DNA from: Paraspadella gotoi
Lineage: Eukaryota; Animalia; Chaetognatha
DNA: 64,000 nt
Direction of reading: 5' to 3'
Assembly: GCA_051294375.1 (NCBI GenBank)
Contig: CM119264.1
Coordinates: forward strand, 21,887,402 to 21,951,401
The notes below the pieces were generated by a model. It was not told where the DNA came from. It made no database searches and worked only from the letters and a program-made list of their open reading frames with translations. Shown one piece after another: positions 17,590 to 30,800 of the stretch. Each line of letters starts with the position of its first letter. Positions within the stretch are counted from its first letter, which is position 1. The translations under genes and the position numbers were made by a program.

Positions 17590-18528
17590 TAAGAAACCGG
17601 CGGAAGAAAGTATCTTAACTTAAATATAACTGTGAATTTAGTACTGTGAATTAGCACACGATGTCGGACACATCGGGATTTCATATCATATGGTTAAAAT
17701 AAAAAAGTATTACGTCAAATTCAGGCTTGGATTTCGGCAAAGACGAGTTGACGAGACCTCAGTGACGTCATAGCACTTGGTATTCGCACTCAAACGGTTG
17801 TGGCGATGCGCGCTCATTGGCACGCGGCGTGCGATTATCACCCGGAAACTATTTTCCTACTTAGTGTGTACATTCTGTGACGACTTTTTTTTTTATTATG
17901 TTATCTTGTAAGCTATGAAAGATATTTAAGGTAATTAGCGCTCATTGTTAAGCTCGTTCATCATCGAGCGAAATATAGTTTGAACCTCCTTTCATGATTT
18001 GCTAGTTTTCTTGGGGGAGATATAGAAACGTTTCTATTTTAAACTGTCAAAAAATAGATGTCATAAATGAAACGAATAAAATAGCTAAGAAAATACGTAC
18101 AACCTCTCATTACAACCAGGCATCGAAATATGCTTCTTTTGGGAATGCAAAGTTGCAAAAAGTCGGTTCGCTTCAGATTTTAGTACAATGCAAAATGGTC
18201 TCGTGCCGTAAGGATACAATGTCAAGAGTGATGCGGGTTTGTTTCCATTTGCGTTTCGGGTCCTTGATCCTAGAATCGATTGAACCGTTTTCCGTCTTTA
18301 TGTTTTACGCTCGAAAAAGTTAGGAAAGCAAATTTGTCTCTCTCTCTCTGTGTGTCTCTCTCACTCACTCACCTTTATTTTAACTGATTTTTTTTCTCCT
18401 CTTCATCCTCCACATTCTCCTCTCCTCTTCCTCCTTCTCCTCCTCCTCTTCGTCCCTTATTATTGATCGGCGCATCTTCGCTTTTTTCCCCCCGATTTGG
18501 ACCGCGGATGGCGCTCGTGATGCTCGTC

Positions 18529-18626
18529 GTCACGTGATTCGTGACGCGGCTCTGGAAGTGATCACGTGGCGGAGATCACGTGACGGGAGGATTTCATTTC
18601 TTCGAATCGATTCGCGGGTATAAATA
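18529..18626 (+). promoter_or_regulatory. Promoter with three TCACGTG E-boxes (CLEAR/USF/MiT-type) and a TATA box
   Basis: GTCACGTGA at 18529, ATCACGTGG at 18561, ATCACGTGAC at 18575 and TATAAATA at 18619. A downstream donor follows: ATGAAAAATTCGGAG|GTAAGG (18835-18855). Duplicated at about 28414-28511. Confidence 0.55.
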
Positions 18627-21600
18627 ATCAGCTATCGGAAGTGGACGACAGAATTCGTCCGAGTGACGACGCGACGTTCAAAATTTTATTACCTTTTTTT
18701 TCTCGGACCGAAAAGTGAATTCCTTTTTCTTTTATTTTATTTACAATAATTTTAATCAACTAAAAGACTGAAACTAAAAAAAAACGAAAAAAAAACGACG
18801 CGTCCGTTTTCTTTATTGAATTTTCCACTGAAAAATGAAAAATTCGGAGGTAAGGTGCTGTTACGAAACATTCCGGGAACTGCCTCAAGTCGAGTAAATT
18901 TCCTCACTCAAGTTATTAATACATATACATTACATACATATATAGTATAGTAGTATATGTAGTGTAGTAATATTCTCAAAAACCCTACACCTTCATTTCC
19001 TACTAGACCACACCGATATCGATACACTTAAAAAGATTTGCGTCTTCCTTTTTTCATTTCTGAAGAAAGTGAAAGTAGATATTTTCTCCTTGTACTCTTT
19101 CAAGTCGATATTTTGATGCATTACCACATCTAACGTGATAAAAACTTAGGAAATCATTTACATAGTATTCTATGTGCAAAGGTGAAGTGTAAAAGGCAAC
19201 CACAGGATTTCTTTTTTGTTTTCTCATTTATTTTTTCATTATTTTGGGTTTTCTGTTGATGTTCGTATTGCTTTGCTTTCTTGGATATATTTTTTTTGTC
19301 TCGCCTTGCATAAGATTCCAAATTAATTGTACATAAAGAGAGGTAGGCTTTGCAGAATTTTCCTTTTTACATATAAAGTTATTTCACATGGGGTTCCTCT
19401 TGCGCGTTTTCTAGAGCTGAAACTATCTTGTCCGGGAGAAAGCGAATTTCTTGAATGAACAGAATGTAATGCAATTATTTTTAAATCCACAAGTTTTGCG
19501 TTTAACATTCTGGTTGTTATACAATGTTTTTCAAAGAGTGTTATTGAACTTAAAATTTAGGAAATCTCATCTTATTTCAACATAATTCGATGAATTTACT
19601 TCCAATTATGTACAGAAAAATATATATTAGTACTATCGTTGCATCACTATCGTTAGCATAAAATAATAATGATATCGAAAATAAGTATTTCATATATAAT
19701 ATGTATAATTGTATATTGTAGATAAGTTATAAGATGAAATAGGTTAAAAACATTGTTCTATGGTAAATACAAAATAATATTGACTCCAGGGATAATAAAA
19801 TTTAAAGTTGATCTTTGATAAAATCATGTTTGATGAAATTTTCTTCTTAAGTTAAGGGCATTTTTAAATTATGGACGAATTCAAACTTTCATCGGTTCCG
19901 TTAGTATTACCAAAAAATATTAGGGGACTAAAATGAGAAAGTTAATGATTCAACTCCGAGATGAGAAATATAAAAGCTCCAAAATGAACAAGTTATTTTT
20001 TTCTGTCTTTTTCTGTCTTTTTCTTTCCTTTTCTCTTTTTTTTTCTTTCCTAAATTTTTTCCCCTTTTTTTCACTCCCGCGTCAAGGGCCAATCATGCTT
20101 CCATGATTGAGAAAGCTTGCGTTCCACGCGTTCCGATTGGACGGTCCCTCACCACGCCGTCAAGAAGCGACCGCGAAGACGTTTCCTTGGCAACCATGAC
20201 GTCACAACAAATGAGTGCAAAGCAGAATTTGATTTTTCTCTCGATCACCGGGTTGCCTGCCGTCGAGAAAAAGAGATGGAAAAACCCACCGAAGCGAACC
20301 CCGGTTTTCTTTTTAAAAGCGGAATGTCACATTTTGCACCCCAATTGCGTGCGTGCGTGATGACGCACAAATCGTTTGGCACTTTTGAATTCTGTTGGTG
20401 CGCTCATTTTTCATTGCTTCGAGTTTCGCAAACGTGAAAAAAAAAATGGAAAAAAGAAAAGAAAAAAAAGGGGGTTTCATCTGGGGACCTGTGTGACCGG
20501 GTCTGCATTGAAGAACCTCGAGAAAAACGATGCCATCTGGTATTCTGAATCTCTCGATCTGCCAACCATTCCTGCCATCTGGGGATTCAAGGACCAAGAG
20601 CTCTGTATTGTAAAGTTCCCTTCCTTTTTTACTAGTTATGGTAACGATTACGTCAGATTTCAACGTCGACAGGTAAGTTGGATTCCTTATTGTGCAATTT
20701 GCTGCTTTAATACCAGACGCCTTTTCTTAAAATTCTTACTTAAAAAACTCTAAACGTTTTATTCTTATTAAAGTCATTATTGTGCTTGTTAACCTGCTGA
20801 CAAATTTATTAAAGTTTTCAAATTTATGACGCAGAAATCTTCAAAAAAATGGTGGAAACTACGTAAAATGCAACATATATTAAAAAAATATCCATTCACT
20901 ACTTGAAAATCCAGTTTGTTTAAGTAAATACGTTAATGCATATAATTATAAAGCATTCTTAAAAAATGTCAAAATATCAATATTAGTTTCAGATTATTTT
21001 AGAAAATTTATCTAAAAAATAACTTAAGTCTTAAAATGTTTTAGATATGTCATTTCTAACATTTTAGTCTAAAATTTATTTTGACTTATTTCTATTCTAA
21101 TAGTACAATTTTATTAAGTTTAATCTGTATTTAATTTTAATTATTTATGTAATTATGTATTTATCATTTTACTTATTTATTCATTTTTTATCCAATATGA
21201 TCGAACAACATTGATATTCATGTAATATTTGACTAAGATGACGCAGGGCGAAGCAGGACGTTTCATTCCTGTTTCTAATTTGTTAGAAACAAACTAAGGT
21301 ATAGAACTTTAAAAATATTTTCTAATTATCATCACTTAAATTAAATTGGTAATTGCTCATTAGAGGTCAGCTTAACTAGAATATGCTAAATATCTTTTAA
21401 AATTATTAAACAAACCTTTAATTTGAATAATAATTTTCATACAATTGAAACATTCTTTGAAATATTTTCCACTTCATTGATAGGGAAGCCAGGTACTCTG
21501 GGAGTGAATAAACGAGACTGTGAGAGAGTCTTGATTGAAAGCTTGCAGGGACCTGCTATGTTATTATCTTGTAAGAGTGATGGAGGCCTTAAACCACCAA

Positions 21601-21828
21601 AGCCCGTCCAAAGTCAGGGGCAAGATAGCTTATTTATTAAATGAATGGATAATTTTTATATTGGTTGTACCAATTTCATAAACAATAATCTGAAGTTAAT
21701 ACTAAATATTATTGCAAATTAGATTAATTTGACTTGCTGTTCAGTCTAATTTGGTAAGGATGACAATTTGACAATCATTTTACGAATAAATTGAACAGAT
21801 ATTATTGTTTCGACACTGGTTGGATTTA

Positions 21829-22414
21829 CACTCATGTGCAAAAAACGCGCCACTTTATAACTTTCAATTACAGATACTCCATAAAATTATTTTTAAAAAT
21901 TATATAAAATAATAAAATTTTAAAAAAAATAATCAATGAATATATCAGTTTTATCAAAATTGGTTAAGCGGTTTAAGAGATATGATTTTTTAAACTTGAG
22001 TATTCCAAATCAAGAGGGAAAATTGAATATTATTCAAAAGTTTTAGAATCATTAACCTATCATTCATCTTATTTTTTAATGATTTTAAAATTATTATTTA
22101 AGGATCTGGGTCAATACAATTATCCAGCTATCCTTCCGGATATCCCTTGTAATTTTTAAAAATGTTTTAATGTATTACAAAGAATATAAAATAAAAATAA
22201 TTAATCTTAAATAAATCAAATTCCTTGATCTTTAGTTTTTTTTAAAAAAAATCACTACTTTTAAATGGATAGCCCAATTTTAATAAAATTTAAGCCAAAC
22301 TCTTTACATTTTAATAAATTTCAATTATTTTTAAAATTAAAAAAAAAATTAAATATATAGTATGATTTTTAAAGACTGATATAAAGTGGTGCGTTTTTTT
22401 TTTGCACATGACTG
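21829..22414. mobile_element. Tc1/mariner-type MITE (TA TSD)
   Basis: TA|CACTCATGTGCAAAAAACGCGCCACTTTATA ... TATAAAGTGGTGCGTTTTTTTTTTGCACATGACTG|TA. Imperfect TIRs of about 30 bp surround an AT-rich non-coding interior. Confidence 0.8.
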
Positions 22415-22421
22415 TAGAATA

Positions 22422-24718
22422 GACACATTTTTTTCCGCTGAAAATGGTCATAGAGTCTCCAAAAATGTGTCATTCTGTTCGTATTTAAACGTTCTTTTAG
22501 AAAAAAAACCTTTCAAAGAATTTTTTAAATACTTCCTCGCCTCTCCCAGGGGCGTCAAAGTGCCACGAGCGTCAAATTTATCGATTTTTTGATAATTTTC
22601 TTTATTTTCTTGTTATAATAGCTAATTTTAAATAATTTTTCAATAATATGTTATGATTTATTAGGTTATTCCATAAAAAAATCTTTATAAGATTTGTATT
22701 TGCATTGTATCAGTAATCTTTAAACCGAAAAATGCCAGAAGACCGGAAATGACTCACAAAAATCACGTTATTTTCATAAAAATTTCAATTTAGAATTTTT
22801 TCCGAAAAAAAAATATATGAAAGCTAGAAAATATTTTAAATTTTATAAGTCATTGCAAAAGATGAGAAAAAGATAGAATACCCGGGACGAAAAATGCAGA
22901 ATTAGTTCATATTTACTTCAATTTGTAAAATTTGGAGCGTATGACTGGAATCAAGTATGATTTGACCGGACTCACGCTTGAAATGAGGAAGAACAGGCTT
23001 GTCAAGGAAAAGATGTGATGAGAAAAACAGTGAGACTGGATTTAATTTTAAAAACATCCTTAAATTTTAAACATATTGTAAAATATTTTTTTTAAAGTTT
23101 TTTTAATATAAATATCAAGCTTTTATGATTACGGGAAGAAAACCTTGAAATACCATCATATGTCATAAAAGATCCAGAGATTTAATCACTACAATCTAAC
23201 GATGCTGACATTATACCGAACACTAAACATGGAAAAATGTCAAAGCTATTACAGTTACATTAAAGCAGCAAGAGTGAATATGGTCAGCCATCAGCGCTGC
23301 TGATCGGGCATGTCTATCAACCAACAACATTTTTCTCCTTTTACGAGATATTGTTTGTCACAGTAAAAGTTGTCATGAAAATGGTTTTTCTTTTGCTCTC
23401 ACTTATTGCTGAGATCCGTAAAGAAGTTCATATGACAAAGTTAAATCTTACAAAAGTAAAATTTAAAAAAAAAATTTTATTGATCGTAATAATATCTCAT
23501 CTCCAGGAAACCTTTAACTTCTGAAAATTTTTCTTGAAATGACCTGTAGGACAAACTCTCTATGTAGTTCGTCGCTTTAAATTTACTTTTGTAAAAGTGT
23601 TTAAAAATATAAACAATCAATATTTGTTTAAGCGCGTTTTGCATTTATATCCTGAATATGCTTTATTTCTTGTGCTGTTTTAGCTCTGAGCCCCCAGCAA
23701 AAAGTTTATGTCACCAATTTAATGTCATTTTTACATGTACATCATGGCGGATGCGCTCTCCCTCTGAAAAAATCAACGCAATGCAATGAAAGACGCAATG
23801 GTGGCGGCTTCTTAAAATGGCAATATTTTGTTTTGAAATGGGGAAAACAGGCAATGCCTTGTATGTACGATGATAGTCATCTGGAAGAATTTATAACGAA
23901 TAGTCTTGCTTGTTTTTTCAGTTCCAATATTTGTTTTAACAATTTGGTAAAATGAAAATATAAATTAAACATAAAAATTCTTCCATGCTTACACGATTTG
24001 AGCCGTCGAGTGAATGGAAAGACAATTCAAATTTCCAAGCTTTCCGTCCTTTTAAACAGATTTTCTCTGCTCAATGAAGCCACTGACCGTTAGGGTCAAG
24101 TTTTGCAAGTGCCATGACCTTTGCCAATTCCCAATAATCTTGAGCAAACTTCAGGATTTTTGCAGGCAATGGATATGAATCAACGCGACCATCCCAAAGT
24201 AAATAGTTTTAAACTTGAAAACGGTTATGACCATTTTGGTCACATGATCTCATCTATATCCCTCATATACTGATTTTTTTGCTAAAACTTTTGTTACGAA
24301 TACAATTATTTTTTACTTTTTAAAACTTGGTCTTTGCCATTTTTCTTGTAGCAATTAAAATTATTTGAATCTGTGATCATGCTAATAATTTAACTTCCAG
24401 TTTTATTATATTATTAAAAATTCTTAATAACGGTTTGAGGTTGTTTAAAATTACGATTAAATATTTTGGGTAAGCATTTAAGTATAACAAGGTAATACAA
24501 ATTTTATCCTTATTTTTATAATTAATCTAAAAAAAAAAAATTGCTGAAAATCAATTATTTTTTTGACGCCCGTGGCACTTTAACGCCTCTGGGAAAGGCG
24601 AGATATTTAAAAAAAATGCAATTATAAATGCTTTCATTGTGTATAGCTTAAAATACGAAAAAGAATGAACACCGTTTTTCATAACTCTATGACAATTTTC
24701 AGCGGAAAAAAATGTGTC
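22422..24718. mobile_element. Non-autonomous DNA element or remnant with ~155-bp imperfect inverted arms
   Basis: The left arm GACACATTTTTTTCCGCTGAAAATGGTCATAGAG...CTCCCAGGGGCGTCAAAGTGCCACGAGCGTCAAA (22422-22576) is the reverse complement of TTTGACGCCCGTGGCACTTTAACGCCTCTGGGA...CTCTATGACAATTTTCAGCGGAAAAAAATGTGTC (24562-24718). True ends and TSD not resolved. Confidence 0.6.
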
Positions 24719-24873
24719 ACAAATGTGTAGAACTAAATTTTAGATCAAAACTTCATAATCTGCTAATATTTTTTGGTACTTCTTTATCAAATTCCCTATA
24801 CAGAAAAAAATGGTGCGCTCCGCGCAATTAAATATCACATCCCCTTACNNNNNNNNNNNNNNNNNNNNNNNNN

Positions 24874-27800
24874 TTTAGCTAAAATAAAAACAAAAAGCCG
24901 AAGCAAGAGATGAAAAAAAAGTAAAAGAATTTGCATTTCATCAAAAAAAAGCAATAGATTCTTAGAGATAGCAGAGAAAGAAAGAAAGAAAGAAAGAAAA
25001 GAGCAAAGAAAGAAAGAAGAAGAAAGAAGAAAGAAAGAAGAAAAAAGAAAAAAGAAGAAAAAAAAAAAAGAAAATAAAGAAAGAAAAAAAAAAAAAAAAA
25101 TCAAAGAAAGACGAGAGAGGAGTCCCTGAGAGCCCTTGTTTTTGATCCTAAGATTCTTTATTTTTTAATAGCTTTTTGAGCTTTTCTTTCGTCCCGAACC
25201 ATCTTGTTACAAATTCCCTCCCGCCTTTCATGAAATCCTGTTGATTTCGACTCGGCGACGGACAAATGGGCGCTTCGAATGAGTTTCGAAAAATTCCGAT
25301 CGAAAAAACTTCGTACAAAAACTAAAAACGATTGGGAAAGAGAATAACATCCTACTCAATTCCGCGACACAAGCAAAAACCTTTGGGAAAAAAACTAATC
25401 GAGCGGCTCGTTTCGAACAAAGGTCAGCTTGATGGCTGGACAAAACTTTAACCCAGCGCCGTAAGAGGGGAAAGCTGGGAAAGGCAAACGAAACAAGGAA
25501 ACAAAGTCCGAAAGTCAAAAACCGAGAAAGACACGGGTGAGTCTGAGGCTGATTAGCACGAGTTGAAGGCAAAAGGCGATAAATTAAAACGCAGAAATTA
25601 AATTTAGGAACAATGTTTACGTGTAGTGAATGTAGAAGGGAGGGAAATATCGGAGTGTTTGGAAAAAAAATTTCAGTTTTCTCCCTGCATTCCAAGAAAT
25701 TTTTAACGCCGAGGAGGCTGCATATTGATATGGAAAGGCTCAAATGCCGACAGGTGAAAACACAGGTTCACCCTTGCCAAACAATGGAGCGTATCGTTGT
25801 CGGGGCTTTTAACAAAGGCTAGGGGGGGGCGGGTTGCTAAGCACCCACAAGCGGGTTTACGATCGTCCTCACGGCTTCTCGTAGGCGGGTAAGGGATAAC
25901 GATTGAAACGGATTGAACCTGGCCTTCAAGAGCTTTTCTTATGGCTACCGTGTCTCTAGTAGGGGTGAATTTTGCAATGCCCCTACACCGATTTACTGCG
26001 GATCGTGTCAGCTTTACTTAACTTAAGGATCCGTAGAGAATGGGTCTCGAACGAGCCGAACTGCTTGTAAATATTTTCATTGCCATTTACATACATTGTG
26101 TAATTCGTTATCGAATCAAATGTCCGTGATTTTCCAACATTCCGTCCGCCATACGAGAAGAGAAAAATCATCAACGTAAATAACAAAATCTACGGGCTCA
26201 ACGCGACTCTATCCGCGCCGGTCTTCGGGGTCGACGACGACCGACGACGGACGACGACGCCGGACGTGCAGAGCGCGACGTCGTCTTCTTACGAAATCCA
26301 CGAGAAGAGATCGGAAGAAAAGATCGTCGGGCTTTCCGACGACGATGAGAAGGCGTCTTACGCTCGACTGGAGGTCGACGAGAATGAGAAATAAAGTGGG
26401 ATCGGAGAGGAAAGGAAAGCAAAGGTTTTATTTGTATAGAAAATTAAAACAGGAAAATCCTGAGGCAGGAAGAACAAAAAAGGCATCTTATCGCGGTAAA
26501 GGTTTTATCAGGACGGAAAAAAGGTAAGATTTTTTATTAATACTTGAAAAAGAAATGTGAAGATCTTTACTTGAGATTAAAGTATCGGCCAAGGGTAAGT
26601 AAGGCGTTATTCCATCCGAAAAGAAAGAGGATTAAAGTAAGTGAGATTAAACGTCAATTATTTACATCTACTATCTACATCTCAATTTTCCTTTCGCCTT
26701 GACAATCCAAGGAAATTTGGGTGTAATTGGTAATAAATTAAGCGTCTTCGTGCTTAGGACCTTAGGACTTTTCACAGCGGTTGCTTGGTAAGTTCAGGTG
26801 AGGAAAAGTTAAAAAAAGCAATCAACGAGGATTAGAATATAAAGAGATACTTAATACATTATTATTCAAGAGAACGAAGAAAAAAAAAAGAATGAAAAAA
26901 ATGAAAAAAAAAAATAGCTACCATAACTTTTTGAGCGACCAAGAAATGAGTCGGTTTGCAACAGACCTGTCTCGGCAGAGTTTGAGTAAAATCCGTCATC
27001 TTTTCATTTCCCTTAATCGGGTTAAAAGGGAAAAAAAATTTCAGGGTGATAACTGAAGATTGGGTTAGGTCCAAAAAAAAAAAAAAAATTAACGGATAAA
27101 AAAATTAAAGCGGCTTTTTAAAGCAAGAAAAAGGAACGTAACAGGAAAAAAAGAAAACAAAAAAAAAGAAAAGATGATGGAGAAAAAGAATGAAAGAAAA
27201 AGAACTCGATCAGCAAGCAAGCTACATTTTTTTTTAACGCAAATGCTTGCAAAATTTTCCAGGCAGCTTGCTCTCTCGTCTGAAAAAGCTGCGCTCTCAA
27301 AAACAGAGAGAATCTGACGATGAGGAAGATTCTTACGTCGGCCAATGGGAGGATGAAGAGGATGAGAGGACGTGGATTGAGTCCGCCAAGAGTGACTTCA
27401 AAACTAACGAATGGGTGATACAAATTATGAACTCAATATTGACATAATGACTATCTGATAAGAAAACCGGCGGAAGAAAGTATCTTAACTTAAAATATAA
27501 CTGTGAATTTAGTACTGTGAATAGCACACGATGCTCGCGACACATCGGGATTCATATCATATGGTTAAATAAAAAGTATTACGTCAAATTCAGGCTTGGA
27601 TTTTCGCAAGACGAGTTGACGGAGACCTCAAGTGACGTTCATAGCACTTGGTATTCGCACTCAAACGGTGTGGCGATGCCTCGCTCATTGGCCAGCGGCG
27701 TGCGATTATCACCCGGAAACTACTTTTCCTACTTAGTGTTGTACATTCTTGTGACGAACTTTTTTTTATTATGTTATCTTGTAAGCTATGAAAGAATATT

Positions 27801-30800
27801 TAAGGTAATTAGCGCTCATTGTTAAGCTCGTTCATCATCGAGCGAAATATAAGTTTGGAACCTCCTTTCTATGATTTGCTAGTTTTCTTGGGGGAGAATA
27901 TAGAAACCGTTTCTATTTTAAACTGTCAAAAAATAGATGTCATAAATGAAACGCAATAAAAATAGCTAAGAAAATACGTACAACCTCTCATTACAACCAG
28001 GCATCGAAATATGCTTCTCTTTCGGGAATGCAAAGTTGCAAAAAGTCGGTTCGCTTCAAAGATTTAGTACAATGCAAAATGGGTCTCGTGCCGTAAGGAT
28101 ACAATGTCAAAGGTGATGCGCGGTTTGTTTCCATTTGCGTTTCCGGGTCCTTGATCCTAGAATCGATTGAACCGTTTTCCGTCTTTATGTTTTACGCTCG
28201 AAAAAGTTAGGAAAGGCAAATTTGTCTCTCTTCTCTCTGTGTGTCTCTCTACTCACTCACCTTTATTTTAACTGATTTTTTTTTCTCCTCTTCATCCTCC
28301 ACATTCTCCTCTCCTCTTCCTCCTTCTCCTCTCTCTTCTCCCTTATTATTGATCGGCGCATCTTCGCTTTTTTCCCCCCGATTTGGACGCGAATGGCGCT
28401 CGTGATGCTCGTCGTCACGTGATTCGTGACGCGGCTCTGGAAGTGATCACGTGGCGGAGATCACGTGACGGGAGGATTTCATTTCTTCGAATCGATTCGC
28501 GGGTATAAATAATCAGCTATCGGAAGTGGACGACAGAATATCGTCCGAGTGACGACGGCGACGTTCAAAATTTTATTACCTTTTTTTCTCGGACCGAAAA
28601 GTGAATTCCTTTTTCTTTTATTTTATTTACAATAATTTTAATCAACTAAAAGACTGAAACTAAAAAAAAACGAAAAAAAAAAAACGACGCGTCCGTTTTC
28701 TTTATTGAATTTTCCACTGAAAAATGAAAAATTCGGAGGTAAGGTGCTGTTACGAAACATTCCGGGAACTGCCTCAAGTCGAGTAAATTTCCTCACTCAA
28801 GTTATTAATACATATACATTACATACATATATAGTATAGTAGTATATGTAGTGTAGTAATATTCTCAAAAAACCCTACAACTTCATTTTCCTACTAGACC
28901 ACACCGATATCGATACACTTAAAAAGATTTGCGTCTTCCTTTTTTCATTTCTGAAGAAAGTGAAAGTAGAATATTTTCTCCTTGTACTCTTTCAAGTCGA
29001 TATTTTGATGATTAACCACATCTAACGTGATAAAAACTTAGGAAATCATTTACATAGTATTCTATGTGCAAAGGTGAAGTGTAAAAGGCAACCACAGGAT
29101 TTCTTTTTTGTTTTCTCATTTATTTTTTCATTATTTTGGGTTTTCTGTTGATGTTGTATTGCTTTGCTTTCTTGGATATATTTTTTTTGTCTCGCCTTGC
29201 ATAAGAATTCCAAATTAATTCACATAAAGAGAGGTAGGCTTTGCAGAATTTTCCTTTTTACATATAAAGTTATTTCACATGGGGTTTCCTCTTGCCGTTT
29301 TCTAGAGCTGAAACTATCTTGTCCGGGAGAAAGCGAATTTCTTGAATGAACAGAATTGTAATGCAATTATTTTTAAATCCACAAGTTTTGCGTTTAACAT
29401 TCTGGTTGTTATACAATGTTTTTCAAAGAGTGTTATTGAACTTAAAATTTAGGAAATCTCATCTTATTTTCAACATAATTCGATGAATTTACTTCCAATT
29501 ATGTACAGAAAAATATATATTAGTACTATCTTGCATCACTATCGTTAGCATAAAATAATAATGATATCGAAAATAAGTATTTCATATATAATATGTATAA
29601 TTGTATATTGTAGATAAGTTATAAGATGAAATAGGTTAAAAACATTGTTCTATGGTAAATACAAAATAATATTGACTCCAGGGATAATAAAATTTAAAGT
29701 TGATCTTTGATAAAATCATGTTTGATGAAATTTTCTTCTTAAGTTAAGGGCATTTTTAAATTATGGGACGAATTTCAAATTTCATCGGTTCCGTTAGTAT
29801 TACCAAAAAATATTAGGGGACTAAAATGAGAAAGTTAATGATTCAACTCCGAGATGAGAAATATAAAAGCTCCAAAATGAACAAGTTATTTTTTCTGTCT
29901 TTTTCTGTCTTTTTCTTTCCTTTTCTCTTTTTTTTTCTTTCCTAAATTTTTTCCCCTTTTTTTCACTCCCGCGTCAAGGGCCAATCATGCTTCCATGATT
30001 GAGAAAGCTTGCGGTTCCACGCGTTCCGATTGGACGGTCCCTCACCACGCCGTCAAGAAGCGACCGCGAAGACGTTTCCTTGGCAACCATGACGTCACAA
30101 CAAATGAGTGCAAAGCAAATTTGATTTTTCTCTCGATCACCGGGTTGCCTGCCGTCGAGAAAAAGAGATGGAAAACCCACCGAAGCGAACCCCGGTTTTC
30201 TTTTTAAAAGCGGAATGTCACATTTTGCACCCAATTGCGTGGTGCGTGATGACGCGACAAATCGTTTGGCACTTTTGAATTCTGTTGGTGCGCTCATTTT
30301 TCATTGCTTCGAGTTTCGCAAACGTGAAAAAAAAATGGAAAAAGAAAAGAAAAAAAAGGGGGTTTCATCTGGGGACCTGTGTGACCGGGTCTGCATTGAA
30401 GAACCTCGAGAAAAACGATGCCATCTGGTATTCTGAATCTCTCGATCTGCCAACCATTCCTGCCATCTGGGGATTCAAGGACCAAGAGCTCTGTATTGTA
30501 AAGTTCCCTTCCTTTTTTACTAGTTATGGTAACGATTACGTCAGATTTCAACGTCGACAGGTAAGTTGATTCCTTATTGTGCAATTTGCTGCTTTAATAC
30601 CAGACGCCTTTTCTTAAAATTCTTACTTAAAAAACTCTAAACGTTTTATTCTTATTAAAGTCATTATTGTGCTTGTTAACCTGCTGACAAATTTATTAAA
30701 GTTTTCAAATTTATGACGCAGAAATCTTCAAAAAAATGGTGGAAACTACGTAAAATGCAACATATATTAAAAAAATATCCATTCACTACTTGAAAATCCA

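Larger units (their letters stand above)
15049..24848 (+). repeat. Copy 1 of a ~9.8-kb tandem duplication (probable assembly artefact)
   Basis: Starts TAGCTAAAATAAAAACAAAAAGCCG and ends ATATCACATCCCCTTAC immediately before a 25-N gap. Colinear and near-identical to 24874-34729. Confidence 0.9.

Noticed and set aside
20313-20753. Overlapping + and - ORFs with protein-like composition
   Set aside because: No recognisable domain, the 5' parts differ in frame between the duplicate copies, and the coding strand cannot be decided.
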